Source of the DNA: Candidatus Latescibacterota bacterium
GTDB lineage: Bacteria; Latescibacterota; UBA2968; UBA8231
Length of the DNA: 50,561 bases
NCBI GenBank assembly: GCA_965205655.1
Contig: CBDBIJ010000037.1
Coordinates: 1-50,561, forward strand
Reading direction: 5' to 3'
Part shown: piece by piece, positions 18,847 to 29,324 of the stretch
Position numbering within the stretch: position 1 is the stretch's first letter
Layout: each line of letters opens with the position of its first letter
Made by a program: the position numbers and the translations under genes
The notes under the pieces: generated by a model
The model's database searches: none
What the model was told of the DNA's origin: nothing
Seen by the model: the letters and a program-made list of their open reading frames with translations, nothing else

Positions 18847-20208
18847 CTACAGGATATATCGGCTCAGGTCTTCGTCCTCGAGGATGCTCTGGATTTTCTC
18901 TCTCACGTACTGCTTGGTGATGCGGATCGTCTTTTCTTCCAGCGACGGCGCCTCGAAGAGGATCTCGTCCAGCAGGGTGGACATGACCGTGTGCAGTCTG
19001 CGGGCGCCGATGTTTTCCGTACTCTCGTTTACCTGGAAGGTAAATTTCGCCGTCTCCCGCACTGCCTCCGGCGTGAACGACAGCGACACACCCTCACTTT
19101 GCAGCATGGCGGTGTACTGCTTGACGAGGGCGCTCTTCGGCCGCGTCAGTATCTCGACGAATTCGTCGACGCCGAGGCTGTCGAGCTCGACCCGAATCGG
19201 AAAACGCCCCTGGAGCTCGGGAATGAGATCGGCTGGCTTGGCTGCGTGAAAGGCGCCGGCGGCGATGAAGAGCACGTGGTCGGTGTTTACGAGACCGTAC
19301 TTCGTCGTCACCGTAGAGCCCTCGATGATTGGCAGCAAATCGCGCTGAACCCCTTCCCGCGAGATATCCGGGCCTGTCTTGGTGTGACTGGCGGCGACTT
19401 TGTCGACCTCGTCGAGAAAGACGATCCCCGACTGCTCAACTCGGTTGATCGCCTCTGTCACGGCGCGATCCATGTCGATGAGCTTTTGCGTTTCCTGCTG
19501 CACCAGCAGACGCCTGGCTTCGCCGAGCAGCAGTTTCTTCGTTTGTGTCGATTGCTGCGACATACCGGCGACGATCTCCTGGATGTTGATGCTCATCTCT
19601 TCGAGGTTGGCGACCGGCGAAAACACTTCCACCACCGGTGGCCGCTCCCGCGGCACATCCATCTCCACCTGTCGCCCTTCCAGCTCGCCGGCGCGCAGCT
19701 GCTCGCGCATGCGGCGGCGCACTTCCTCAGCCGTGGCGATCGACGGACCGCTCCCTTTCGGTGTCGGCGCTACCGGCGCTGCCTCTTGGGGCTGTGGAGC
19801 CCCGAGCAGATCGAACAGGCGATCCTCAGCCAGCGACTCCGCCTTTTTCTCGACTGCCTTGGCGTGCTCCTGCTTCACCATGTTGACGCCCAGATCGGTG
19901 AGGTCCCGTATGATCGCCTCTACGTCTCGTCCGACGTAGCCCACCTCGGTGAATTTCGACGCCTCCACCTTGATGAACGGGGCATTGGCGAGATCGGCAA
20001 GGCGGCGGGCTATTTCGGTCTTTCCCACGCCCGTTGGACCGATCATGATGATGTTGTTGGGAATGATCTCCTCCCGCAGCTCGCCCGCAACCTGTTGTCG
20101 CCGCCAGCGGTTGCGCAGGGCAATTGCCACGGCGCGTTTGGCCTTGTCCTGACCGACGATGTGTCGATGCAGCTCTTTGACGATCTGAGAAGGCGTGAGC
20201 TCCTTCAT
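18847..20208 (-). CDS. hslU: ATP-dependent protease ATPase subunit HslU
   Basis: [48 protein letters not shown]-terminal DLSRYIL. Confidence 0.97.
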   Translation of the reverse strand: MKELTPSQIVKELHRHIVGQDKAKRAVAIALRNRWRRQQVAGELREEIIPNNIIMIGPTGVGKTEIARRLADLANAPFIKVEASKFTEVGYVGRDVEAIIRDLTDLGVNMVKQEHAKAVEKKAESLAEDRLFDLLGAPQPQEAAPVAPTPKGSGPSIATAEEVRRRMREQLRAGELEGRQVEMDVPRERPPVVEVFSPVANLEEMSINIQEIVAGMSQQSTQTKKLLLGEARRLLVQQETQKLIDMDRAVTEAINRVEQSGIVFLDEVDKVAASHTKTGPDISREGVQRDLLPIIEGSTVTTKYGLVNTDHVLFIAAGAFHAAKPADLIPELQGRFPIRVELDSLGVDEFVEILTRPKSALVKQYTAMLQSEGVSLSFTPEAVRETAKFTFQVNESTENIGARRLHTVMSTLLDEILFEAPSLEEKTIRITKQYVREKIQSILEDEDLSRYIL

Positions 20209-20741
20209 AGCTCCACGATCTGAATGTCTGAATTGGTGTAAATACAGAGGTCGGCGGTAATCTGCAGTGAGCGTTTGACGATTTCGGCGGCGCCGAGCTT
20301 TGATCCGTCCACGTAGGCTCGCGCCGCCGCCGTGGCGTAGGCCGATCCCGAGCCGATGCTGATGATGTCGTCGTCGGGTGCCAGCAGGTCCCCTTCTCCG
20401 GAGATGAGTAGCGAGCGCTCGCCGTCCATGGCGGCGATCATCGCCTCGAGCCGGCGCAGCATGCGGTCGGTTCGCCAGTCGCGCGCCAGTTCGTGGGCGG
20501 CTCGATCGAGTTGCCCGCTGTACTCCTCGAGGCGCGACTCGAAGTGATCGAGTAACGCCAGCGCATCGGCCGTGCCGCCGGCAAATCCGACCAGGACGGA
20601 ATCGTTGTAGAGCTTGCGGATCTTTGTCGTGCGATGTTTGAGTACGACCTCGCCCAGCGTAATCTGTCCGTCGCCGCCCATCACCACCTTCCCCTTGCGG
20701 CGAACCCCCAGAATGGTTGTGCCGTGCGTCCGTGCTTTCAT
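20205..20741 (-). CDS. hslV: ATP-dependent protease peptidase subunit HslV
   Basis: HGTTILGV (Thr nucleophile), [22 protein letters not shown]. Confidence 0.97.
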   Translation of the reverse strand: MKARTHGTTILGVRRKGKVVMGGDGQITLGEVVLKHRTTKIRKLYNDSVLVGFAGGTADALALLDHFESRLEEYSGQLDRAAHELARDWRTDRMLRRLEAMIAAMDGERSLLISGEGDLLAPDDDIISIGSGSAYATAAARAYVDGSKLGAAEIVKRSLQITADLCIYTNSDIQIVEL

Positions 20742-21799
20742 AGAGCCCGGGGATGTGCCTGGGAGTATCCGCGTTGCAACGACTCGATTGTCGCATCGCG
20801 ACGGTGCGACACTGGAGCGGGAGTCTGCCGGCCCAGCAGCGTTCGCACTGCCTCGGAGTCGGCGCCGGCATCCAGGAGGTGATCGGCGAAAGCCTGGCGC
20901 AGCGCCTGCGGCCCTGAGCCGCCGGGTCTCCCAGCCGGCGTCGCCACCTCCTCTTCGGCCTCGTCCGCAGCCCGTCTGAGATATCGCTCTACGATGCGCT
21001 GCACCGAGCGCCGATGGAGTCGGCGGCCCTCGGTGTTGACGAACAGGGCACCGGCGTCGATCTGGCCGATCTGTCTGCCGACCAGCAGATCGGCTCGCGA
21101 GTGGAGGTAGGCCTTCAGAGCTTGCACGGCCGGTGGGCCGATCGGCACGGCACGCGCGCCTTTTTTACTGCTCACGTTGACGATCCCTTCGTCGAGAGCC
21201 GAAAGTGCGGACAGGTTCAGCTCTACGACCTCTTCGAGCCGCACCCCGCAGCTGTAGAATACCTCCAGAATGGCGCGGTCTCGCCTGCCCGCGAAGTCAT
21301 CACCATCAGCGCCATCGAGAGCCGCCTCCACCTGCGCGCGTTCGAGAGCCGGGGTTCGTGTCCCCGTCGTCGTCGGCGACGCCCTCAGCTCGCCAGCCGG
21401 ATTCCGCGGCAGCAGACCGAGCCTGCACAGAAAACGGCAGAACCTTCTCAGCGCCGCCATCTTTCTCGCCACTGTCGCCGGTCGCAGGCCCCGTCTTCTC
21501 AGGTTTTCGTCGAACTGGGCGACGATATCGGCCTCGATGCATGCCACGGTGGGTAAACCGTCGCGTATCCGCGGGTGAAGAAAAAGGGCGAACTGCTGCA
21601 GGTCGCTGCAGTACGCCGCGATCGTTCGGGCGGCGTTGTTCGTGCGCTCGAGGGACCCGGCGAATCGATCGATCGCCTCCTCGACGCTTGAATTCTCGCG
21701 CAAGTCCGCCGGGCGCTGTGCCGACAGCGTAAATGCGGATGGGTTTTCAGGGCTGGACGGAGGGGTGGTGTACGGTGAGACCGATCGTCGCCGACTCAC
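20738..21799 (-). CDS. xerC: XerC-like tyrosine recombinase with degenerate active site
   Basis: Core-binding domain, [15 protein letters not shown] and C-terminal Y..AHPRA; located between topA and hslV. HxxR reads QALR and the H/Y box reads [17 protein letters not shown] start overlaps the topA stop. Confidence 0.8.
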   Translation of the reverse strand: MSRRRSVSPYTTPPSSPENPSAFTLSAQRPADLRENSSVEEAIDRFAGSLERTNNAARTIAAYCSDLQQFALFLHPRIRDGLPTVACIEADIVAQFDENLRRRGLRPATVARKMAALRRFCRFLCRLGLLPRNPAGELRASPTTTGTRTPALERAQVEAALDGADGDDFAGRRDRAILEVFYSCGVRLEEVVELNLSALSALDEGIVNVSSKKGARAVPIGPPAVQALKAYLHSRADLLVGRQIGQIDAGALFVNTEGRRLHRRSVQRIVERYLRRAADEAEEEVATPAGRPGGSGPQALRQAFADHLLDAGADSEAVRTLLGRQTPAPVSHRRDATIESLQRGYSQAHPRAL

Positions 21800-24066
21800 G
21801 CTGCCTGCGTGTTCTCGAACCGGGTCTCGCACACCTTGCAGTACATCGACGGCGTGCCGGTACGCGAGGCGCGCTCGTATAACATCGGAGCCTCGCAGTG
21901 CGGGCAGACTTGCTCCACCGGCTTGTCCCAGCTGGCGAACTTGCAGTCCGGGTACTGGTTGCAGCCGTAGAATACCTTGCCCTTGCGCGACTGCTTCTCC
22001 ACCAGGGTCCCGGAGCAATTCTCCTCGGGGCAGGCGATGCCCAGAGAAAGAGGCTTGACGTTGCGGCAGTTCGGATAGCCGCTGCAGGCCAGAAAGCGAC
22101 CGTAGCGGCCGGTCTTGACGACCATGGGCGATTCGCACAAATCGCACACTTCATCGGTCTCCATCTGTTCCTGGTCCTGCTCGAGCGGCTTCGTGTTCTT
22201 GCACTGCGGGTACCCGGGGCAGGCCAGAAAGCGTCCGTTGCGGCCCCATTTGACAACCATGTTGCGCCCGCACTCCTCGCACACGACGCTGGTCTCTTCC
22301 TGCATGGCCTTCTTCAGTTCCTTGCGCCGATCGTTCGCGTCCTTGAGCGAATCCTTCCACCCTCCGTAGAACTGCCGCACCGTCTCGACCCAGTTCTCCT
22401 TGCCCTCCTCGATGCGGTCGAGCTCGTCTTCCATCCGCGCCGTAAATTCGACGTCGAATATGTTCGGAAAGGTGGCAACCAGAAATTTGTTGACCGTCTG
22501 GCCGCGCTCGGTCGCTGCGAAGGCGCGCCCGTCGATCTTCTCGACGTACTGGCGATCCTGCAGGGTGCTGATGATCTGGGCGTAGGTGCTGGGGCGGCCG
22601 ATCCCCTTGGCCTCCAGTTCCTTGACGAGCGAGGCTTCCGAATATCGCGCCGGCGGCTTTGTGAAGTGCTGCTCGGGCAGCAGCTCGCTCAGCTGAATGG
22701 CCTGCCCGGCCTCGATATTCGGCGGAATGGCAACTATCTCCTCCTCTTCCTCGTCTTCCTTTTCCTTGCTCTCGGTGTAGAGCAGGCTAAAGCCGGGGAA
22801 CTTCGTGGACGAACCTGTCGCCCTCAACAGGTAGTCGCCTGCCTCTATATTCACGCTGGTGACGTTGAGCACGTGCGGGTTCATCTGCGAAGCCACGAAC
22901 CGTTTCCACACGAGCTCGTAGAGCTTTGCCTGATCGGCGCTCAGCCGCTTCGCCATCTCCTCCGGGTGAAGCCCTACGGCCGTCGGTCGGACGGCCTCAT
23001 GAGCATCCTGGGCGCCCCGCCTCGTTTTGTAGGCGTTCGGCTTGTCCGGCACGTAGTCGGCGCCGTAGCGCTTCTCGATCTCCTGGCGCACCTCGCCGAT
23101 GGCGTCGTCGGACACCCTCACCGAGTCGGTTCGCATATAGGTGATGAGCCCCTGCGTCTCGCCTTCCACTTCGATCCCCTCGTAGAGCTGCTGCGCCACC
23201 GCCATGGTGCGCTTGACTGAAAACCTCAGTCGCCTGGCGCACTCCTGCTGCAGAGTGCTCGTGATGAAAGGCGGGGACGGCTTGCGGCGCTGTTCGCGAT
23301 GCTTCACCTCCGCGATCTTGAACTCCGCCTCTGTCAGGTCGGCGACGATTTTGTCGGACGTCTCCTCGTTGTCGATGGAGATCTTCTCACCGCGGTGCTC
23401 GAGCAGTCGGGCCTTGAAGGTGGCCGGCTCGATGCCGTTGACCCCCTCGGCATCCCCGCCGCCTTCGCGCCTGAGCAGGGCGTCGAGCGACCAGTACTCA
23501 ACCGGCTCGAAGGCGTTGATCTTGTCGTCCCTCTCGGCGATGATGCGCAGCGCCACCGACTGCACCCGGCCGGCCGACAGACCGGCGTGGATGACCTTCC
23601 ATAGAAGGGGACTGATCTCGTAACCCACGAGCCTGTCCAGAACCCGGCGGGCCTGCTGCGCGTTTACTTTCTGCAGATCGAGGGTCGTGGACTTCGCGAG
23701 CGATTCACGCACAGCCTTCGGAGTGATCTCGTTGAACTGTATTCGCTTGACTTCATTTCGTGGTGAGATGGCGTGGGCCACATGCCAGGCGATCGCCTCA
23801 CCTTCCCGGTCGGGGTCGGTCGCCATGTATATGGTATCCGCACCCTTTGCCGCCTTGCGCAGCTCTGTGAGGATTTTTCCCTTGCCCCGAATCGTCACGT
23901 AGCGGGGCTGGAAATCGTGCTCCACATCGACACCCAGTTCCTTGGGAGGCAAGTCGCGCACGTGACCCATACAGGATTTCACCACGAAATCTTTGCCGAG
24001 GATCTTGTTGATCGTCGTCGCCTTGGCCGGAGATTCGACCACGACGAGTGATTTTCCTTTCGCCAT
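21796..24066 (-). CDS. topA: DNA topoisomerase I with C-terminal zinc ribbons
   Basis: LVVVESPAKA, ATDPDREGEAI, SAGRVQS, GLITYMRTDS; several CxxC ribbons. Confidence 0.98.
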   Translation of the reverse strand: MAKGKSLVVVESPAKATTINKILGKDFVVKSCMGHVRDLPPKELGVDVEHDFQPRYVTIRGKGKILTELRKAAKGADTIYMATDPDREGEAIAWHVAHAISPRNEVKRIQFNEITPKAVRESLAKSTTLDLQKVNAQQARRVLDRLVGYEISPLLWKVIHAGLSAGRVQSVALRIIAERDDKINAFEPVEYWSLDALLRREGGGDAEGVNGIEPATFKARLLEHRGEKISIDNEETSDKIVADLTEAEFKIAEVKHREQRRKPSPPFITSTLQQECARRLRFSVKRTMAVAQQLYEGIEVEGETQGLITYMRTDSVRVSDDAIGEVRQEIEKRYGADYVPDKPNAYKTRRGAQDAHEAVRPTAVGLHPEEMAKRLSADQAKLYELVWKRFVASQMNPHVLNVTSVNIEAGDYLLRATGSSTKFPGFSLLYTESKEKEDEEEEEIVAIPPNIEAGQAIQLSELLPEQHFTKPPARYSEASLVKELEAKGIGRPSTYAQIISTLQDRQYVEKIDGRAFAATERGQTVNKFLVATFPNIFDVEFTARMEDELDRIEEGKENWVETVRQFYGGWKDSLKDANDRRKELKKAMQEETSVVCEECGRNMVVKWGRNGRFLACPGYPQCKNTKPLEQDQEQMETDEVCDLCESPMVVKTGRYGRFLACSGYPNCRNVKPLSLGIACPEENCSGTLVEKQSRKGKVFYGCNQYPDCKFASWDKPVEQVCPHCEAPMLYERASRTGTPSMYCKVCETRFENTQAA

Positions 24067-24287
24067 TACCTGCCTTTGAGGAGCCCGCTCACGGGTTCCT
24101 ATGGTTTCTGTGTGAAACGCCACGGCTCCAGAGTATACACGCGCTGAACACATGTGCACCCTAGAGCCGCAACTTTCCTCAATATAGACATGAGCCCGCT
24201 GCTCCGCAACGAGATGTCGCTTGACACCCGCCCTCCTCTTGGCTTTCGTAGCTGTGCAAAAGGCCAACTATAACAGGGGGTTATGGC

Positions 24288-25046
24288 TTGATCGCGGTAC
24301 GGTCTCAAGATGAAATCCAGCTCATACGGGCGAGCTGTGAGATCGTCTATTCCGTTCAGAAAAGCCTCGAGGAAGCGGTTGCGCCGGAGGTTACCACCGG
24401 CGACCTTGACGCCCTTGCCGAGAAAACGATCCGGGACAGCGGCGGCCGGCCGGCCTTCAAGGGCTACAGGGATTTCCCCGCCTCCATCTGCACGTCCGTC
24501 AATACCGCAGCCGTTCACGGGTTCCCCGCCCGTGCGGATCGCCTCGTAGAAGGGGACATCATCAGCATAGACGTCGGGGTCGAGCTCGATGGCTTTTTCG
24601 GCGACGGGGCGTTCACCCTCGGTGTCGGCCGCATCTCCACCGAGTGCCAGCATCTTCTGGAGACGACCCGGGCGGCGTTGCGCGACGGTATCGAGCGCGC
24701 CCTTCCCGCCGGCAGGTTGTCGGACATCTCTCACGCCGTCCAGGCGCGCGCCGAAAGCGAGGGAATGTCCGTCATTCGCGAGTTCGGCGGCCACGGCATC
24801 GGCCGCGCCCTTCACGAGGACCCACACATCCCGAATCACGGGGTCCCGGGCAAGGGTCCGCGATTGAGGCCCGGGTTCGTGTTCGCCATCGAACCTATCA
24901 TCAGCTTCGGCGGTCCGGAATTGCTCGTCGGCGAGGACGGCTGGACCACGACGACGCGAGACGGCACTCCGGTCGCCCATTTCGAGCACACCGTCGCCAT
25001 CACCGAAGAGGGTCCCGAGATCCTCACCCTGCCGGCCCCGAACTGA
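24288..25046 (+). CDS. map: Methionine aminopeptidase type I
   Basis: SICTSVN, DIISIDVG, GHGIG..LHEDP, AIEP, HFEHT. Confidence 0.95.
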   Translation: MIAVRSQDEIQLIRASCEIVYSVQKSLEEAVAPEVTTGDLDALAEKTIRDSGGRPAFKGYRDFPASICTSVNTAAVHGFPARADRLVEGDIISIDVGVELDGFFGDGAFTLGVGRISTECQHLLETTRAALRDGIERALPAGRLSDISHAVQARAESEGMSVIREFGGHGIGRALHEDPHIPNHGVPGKGPRLRPGFVFAIEPIISFGGPELLVGEDGWTTTTRDGTPVAHFEHTVAITEEGPEILTLPAPN

Positions 25047-25049
25047 TCC

Positions 25050-25817
25050 ATGGCCAGGGTCACTGTGCTCGGCAGCGGCACCTCTGTCGGCGTGCCCCGC
25101 ATTGCCTGCGACTGCGCCGTCTGCACCTCCGATGATCCGAAAAACAAACGCCTCCGCTGCTCCATTCTCGTAGAGCATGAAGGCTTTTCAGTGCTCGTGG
25201 ACACCACTCCGGATCTGCGTGCTCAGGCTCTGCGCAGCGACATCCGCAGAGTCGATGCCGTCCTCTTCACTCACTCCCATGCAGATCATCTCCACGGGCT
25301 CGACGATGTGCGCGCCTACTGCTTCCAGCGCGACGACCCCATACCATGCTACGGCGACAGCCTTACCCTCGAGCGCATCAGAACCATCTTCGATTACGCC
25401 TTCGACTCGCCCTACGCCAGCGCCCTCCCGCAGATCGAGCTCCACCCCATCGACGGCATTCTCGAGCTCTTCGGGCTCGCCGTCGAGCCGATCACCGTTT
25501 ATCACGGGAAACTCCCCGTGCTCGCCTTCCGCATCGGCCCGTTCGCTTACGTCACCGACTGCAATGCCATTCCGCCCGAATCGATGCAGCGGCTGCGCGG
25601 TCTCGACACCCTCATCCTCGACGCCCTGAGGCATCGCCGGCATCCCACTCATTTTTCGGTCGATGAGGCGGGCGAGGTAGCGCGTCAGCTGGCGCCAAGG
25701 CAGACCTACTTTACCCACATCGCCCACGACCTCGATCACGAGGCCACGAACGCCGCCCTTCCCGATTCGATCGAGCTGGCCTACGACGGCCTCGTCATCG
25801 ACTTCGACCCCGCCTGA
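25050..25817 (+). CDS. MBL-fold metallo-hydrolase (PhnP/YycJ-like)
   Basis: LGSGTSVGVP..CDCAVC, THSHADHLHG, YVTD, HF, THIAH. Confidence 0.9.
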   Translation: MARVTVLGSGTSVGVPRIACDCAVCTSDDPKNKRLRCSILVEHEGFSVLVDTTPDLRAQALRSDIRRVDAVLFTHSHADHLHGLDDVRAYCFQRDDPIPCYGDSLTLERIRTIFDYAFDSPYASALPQIELHPIDGILELFGLAVEPITVYHGKLPVLAFRIGPFAYVTDCNAIPPESMQRLRGLDTLILDALRHRRHPTHFSVDEAGEVARQLAPRQTYFTHIAHDLDHEATNAALPDSIELAYDGLVIDFDPA

Positions 25818-25844
25818 TCGTCACGAGCCTAAGCCCCATACGCG

Positions 25845-25876
25845 AAAAGCGCGGTTGTTATGAGAACAACCGCGCT
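25845..25876 (-). terminator. Intrinsic terminator hairpin between convergent genes (for nrdJ)
   Basis: 12-bp stem AGCGCGGTTGTT / AACAACCGCGCT with a 5-nt loop, followed by a short T run on the minus strand. Confidence 0.65.
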
Positions 25877-25997
25877 CCCCAAGATCCGAACGGCACCCGT
25901 CGAGAGAGAAATCGACGAAGGCGACTTCTCTAAAAGATCCCGGAGGACGTTTTGTCCCGGAGGGATCTTCTTTCTCTAAACGGTCGCGAAGCGACCG

Positions 25998-28412
25998 TCA
26001 GCATTTAGACCATCCGCAGCTCTTGCAGGTGAGACAGTTCGCTTCGTGCACCACGGTGGCGCCGCATTCCGGACACGTCACCGAGGTCTTTCCGCCCCCG
26101 CTCCCGACACTCTCGCCACCACTCCCGGCAGCCGCCGAAGGAGGCGGGAACGCCGGGCTCCACCCCTGTTCGCGGCGCTGCAGATATCGTTCAATAGCCC
26201 GGCCGATCGCGTCCGGCGTGGAGAGGATGAGCTCGCCGTCCTCCCATACTGGGGTCGGTCCCGAGATTCCATTCAACATCTTGACAATCGCGTGCGGATC
26301 GATGCTCGATCGCAGAGCCAGGGAGATCAGTCGGCTGATCGCCTCGGACTGGGCCGCCGCGTTGCCTCCGGCCTTGCCGATCGTGCTGAACACCTCGCAC
26401 AGACCCTGCTCGTCCTCGTTGATCGTCACGTAGATGTTGCCCTCGCCGGTGCGGATTCGCTCCGTGACGCCGTGGGTCACCGTGGGCCGGCGGCGCGGAC
26501 GGCCGCCCTCGGCGTCCGCCGTTTCGCTCTCCCGGGAGGCTGCGCCTCCTTGTGACGCCGACGCCGACGCGGTATCCGCCGATGCGTCGTCGGTCTGCAG
26601 AATTCCCTGGCGGCTCCCCTCCCGATATACGGTCACGCCCTTCAGCCCTTCCTTGTACGCCGTTATATAGATGTCGGCGACGGTCTCGGCGGAAACGTCT
26701 TCGGCCAGGTTGATGGTGGAGGAGATGCTGCTGTCCGTGTACCTCTGAATCACGCCCTGCATCTTGACGCGGAAATACGGGTCGATCTCGTGCGCCGTCA
26801 CCACTTGCTCCGGTAGATCGTCGTCGTCGTCGAATAACCGCTTGATGAGCGGGTGATAGACCTTGTACTCGCGAAAAGTCTCGCCATCGTGCTGCTTCAC
26901 CCGTCGCCTGTAGCTGGTGCAGAAGATCGGCTCGATGCCCGACGTCGTCTGCGCCACGATGGAGCCGGTGCCCACGGGTGGCACGGTGATGAGGGTGCTG
27001 TTTCGCAGCCCGTACTTGCGGATCCTGTCCTGGATTCCCTTGGGCAGACTCTGGATGAACTTGCTCTGTGAGACCCCCTCCCAGTCGTAGAGCGGAAATG
27101 CTCCCTTTTCCCGGGCCAGGTCGATGGAGGTCTCGTATGAGAAGTAGCAGATGGTCTGCATGATCTTCTCGACCACGTCGAGGGCCTCGTCCGAGTCGTA
27201 GCGCAGATTCATCAGCACGAGGGCGTCGGCAAGCCCGGTGATCCCGAGGCCGACGCGCCGGTCCGACGCCACCGCCTCCGCCACCTTCGGAAAGGCGTGG
27301 TTGTCCATGTTGTAATCGATGACGTCGTCCAGAAAGCGGGACGCCACCTTGGTGCTCTCGGCGAGGTCTTCGTAGTCGAACGTCCCACTCTCGTCGACGA
27401 AAGCGACGAGATTGAGGTTGCCCAGGTTGCAGGCGGTGTACGAGGCCAACGGCTGCTCCCCGCACGGGTTCGTGCTCGTCAGCGGATTGGCGTACTCGAC
27501 ATTGTGGTACTCGCGCATCGTGTCCCAAAAGATGATGCCGGGCTCGGCGCTGGCGTGGGCGCTGGTGATAATCTTGTTCCACAGCTCCCGGGCCCGCACC
27601 GTGCGGTAGACCTTGCCGTCCCACCCCAGATCGAAGTCCGTGTCCTCGAGAACGGCCTCCATGAATTCGTCGGTGATGAGTACGCTGACGTTGGCGTACT
27701 GCACCTTCATGCGCTTGGCGTCACTCTTGATGCTGATGAAATCCTCGACATCGGGATGATCCACCCGCAGGGTCAGCATCAGGGCGCCGCGCCTGCCGGC
27801 CTGCGACACCGCGTTCGTGCTCTCGCTCAGCAGATTCATGAACGCCGTGCACCCCGGCGATTGATCCACCGTGGCGTTCACCGGCGCTCCCTTCGGACGC
27901 AGAATCGACAGGTCCGTACCCACCCCGCCTCCGGTGCGGTAGACCATCGCCGATTCGCGAAGGCATCGGTAGATGCCGTCGAGGCTGTCTTCCTCTATGG
28001 GGATGACGTAGCAGTTCGAGAGCGTCGGTTTGCGCCGCGCCTCCTCCCTGCCGGCGCCGTGCATGACCCTGCCGCCCGGGATGAATTTGAAATCCAGCAA
28101 CAGCGAGAAAAAGCGTTCGTACCAGTGCTCCTCATCTTCCTCGACCGAGGCCATCGCCTTGGCGATGCGGTCCCACATCTGCAGGGGACCGGTCTCTCCC
28201 GGCGCCAGATACTTGCTTCTCAGCACGTCGATGGCCAAGTCGTTGTCACCGTAGTAGGTCTCGGCGTCGGCCGCTTTTTTGAGCAGTTCCTCGCGACCGT
28301 TCTTGCGATATCCCTTCCCCTCGAGCTGCGCGAGTAGGTCTTCGAGACGATGGACGCCGACCGGTGTGCCGGAGGCGTTAGGAGCACTGGATTTCGACTG
28401 ATCTGATGACAT
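25998..28412 (-). CDS. nrdJ: Class II (adenosylcobalamin-dependent) ribonucleotide reductase with C-terminal TSCPD-type and Zn-ribbon domains
   Basis: LSNCYV, GGGVG, TNPCGEQPL, CNLG, RRVGLG, PVGT, SISSTIN, YREGSR; C-terminal CPECG...CKSCGWSKC. Confidence 0.93.
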   Translation of the reverse strand: MSSDQSKSSAPNASGTPVGVHRLEDLLAQLEGKGYRKNGREELLKKAADAETYYGDNDLAIDVLRSKYLAPGETGPLQMWDRIAKAMASVEEDEEHWYERFFSLLLDFKFIPGGRVMHGAGREEARRKPTLSNCYVIPIEEDSLDGIYRCLRESAMVYRTGGGVGTDLSILRPKGAPVNATVDQSPGCTAFMNLLSESTNAVSQAGRRGALMLTLRVDHPDVEDFISIKSDAKRMKVQYANVSVLITDEFMEAVLEDTDFDLGWDGKVYRTVRARELWNKIITSAHASAEPGIIFWDTMREYHNVEYANPLTSTNPCGEQPLASYTACNLGNLNLVAFVDESGTFDYEDLAESTKVASRFLDDVIDYNMDNHAFPKVAEAVASDRRVGLGITGLADALVLMNLRYDSDEALDVVEKIMQTICYFSYETSIDLAREKGAFPLYDWEGVSQSKFIQSLPKGIQDRIRKYGLRNSTLITVPPVGTGSIVAQTTSGIEPIFCTSYRRRVKQHDGETFREYKVYHPLIKRLFDDDDDLPEQVVTAHEIDPYFRVKMQGVIQRYTDSSISSTINLAEDVSAETVADIYITAYKEGLKGVTVYREGSRQGILQTDDASADTASASASQGGAASRESETADAEGGRPRRRPTVTHGVTERIRTGEGNIYVTINEDEQGLCEVFSTIGKAGGNAAAQSEAISRLISLALRSSIDPHAIVKMLNGISGPTPVWEDGELILSTPDAIGRAIERYLQRREQGWSPAFPPPSAAAGSGGESVGSGGGKTSVTCPECGATVVHEANCLTCKSCGWSKC

Positions 28413-28546
28413 TGAGCCTTTCCTTATTCGCGCAAAACGCCCCCCACCGAGGCCATTTTTCAGACCTGACCCCGGCATCTCACGGGTAAAGCGAGTATTT
28501 AAAGGAGGTTACGTGGGGAGAGAGCGGCGAAACAGTCCTGCCGTGA

Positions 28547-28594
28547 CCACAGGATCTCTGGCTTTAGAAGCTCGCCACATACAAGATCTTGTGC
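28547..28594. promoter_or_regulatory. Tandem NrdR boxes upstream of nrdJ
   Basis: Palindrome ACAAGATCTTGT at 28581-28592 and a degenerate copy ACAGGATCTCTG at 28549-28560, 32 bp apart. Confidence 0.7.
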
Positions 28595-28605
28595 TCTCAG
28601 GTCCG

Positions 28606-28635
28606 AATATACACTTCGCCCTTCGCCCTTGTCAA
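28606..28635 (-). promoter_or_regulatory. Putative sigma-70 promoter for nrdJ
   Basis: TTGACA-18 bp-TATATT on the minus strand directly upstream of the NrdR boxes. Confidence 0.6.
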
Positions 28636-28708
28636 GGGTTTTTCTGGAGCCGCGGTTTGAGGGATATTTTGGCGAATGAACGGCGGTTTGAGAGCCCGTT
28701 GACCGCTC

Positions 28709-29158
28709 TTATTGGGCCATCTGTTCGAGCTCGCGCACGAAGTCGGTGCGGTCGCGAAACTGGCGGTAGACCGACGCGAATCGCACGTAGGCGACTTCGT
28801 TGAGAGTGCGCAGTCGCTCCATGACGAGCTCGCCGACTCGCTTTGCCGGTATTTCTTTCTCCGCCATGTTTCCGAGCTCGGCTTCGACCTGGTCCACGAG
28901 CTCCTCGATGCGGTCGGCAGAGACAGTCGTCTTGTAGCATGCGAGCCTGATCTTCTGCAAGAGCTTGCCGCGATCGAACGGTTCGCGGCTGCCGTCCCGT
29001 TTGATGATGGTGAGCGGTGCGTGCTCGATGTACTCGTAGGTTGTGAAACGCTGAGTGCAGTTGATGCACTCGCGCCGGCGGCGAATGGCCTGACCGTCCC
29101 TGCAGGACCTCGAGTCGACGACCCGATCATCCTGGTGATCGCAATAAGGACACCGCAT
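28709..29158 (-). CDS. nrdR: Transcriptional repressor NrdR
   Basis: MRCPYC...VVDSR...IRRRREC..C..RFTTYE, ATP-cone, VAYVRFASVYRQF. Confidence 0.97.
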   Translation of the reverse strand: MRCPYCDHQDDRVVDSRSCRDGQAIRRRRECINCTQRFTTYEYIEHAPLTIIKRDGSREPFDRGKLLQKIRLACYKTTVSADRIEELVDQVEAELGNMAEKEIPAKRVGELVMERLRTLNEVAYVRFASVYRQFRDRTDFVRELEQMAQ

Positions 29159-29324
29159 TGACTTCGTGTTCCTCCTGAATCTCGTCCCGCAAAAGAGGAC
29201 TGATCGGGAAGTGAGGGAGGAGGGGTAGGGCGCAGGATGAGGGGAGGGTGGAACCGACAGAGATACCTTCATATTAATAAAAACACGGGGATATGGCAAT
29301 CAATGCCGCTGTGCGACCGCGGAA

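Noticed and set aside
18847..20871. 674-aa N-terminally extended HslU
   Set aside because: The extension overlaps hslV in another frame; the real start is the ATG at 20208
21898..23220. Long antisense ORFs opposite topA, hslU, nrdJ, pheS and others
   Set aside because: Expected shadows of high-GC codon usage; no independent motifs
28413..28708. Cobalamin riboswitch upstream of nrdJ
   Set aside because: No convincing B12-box architecture seen; the region is explained by the promoter and NrdR boxes
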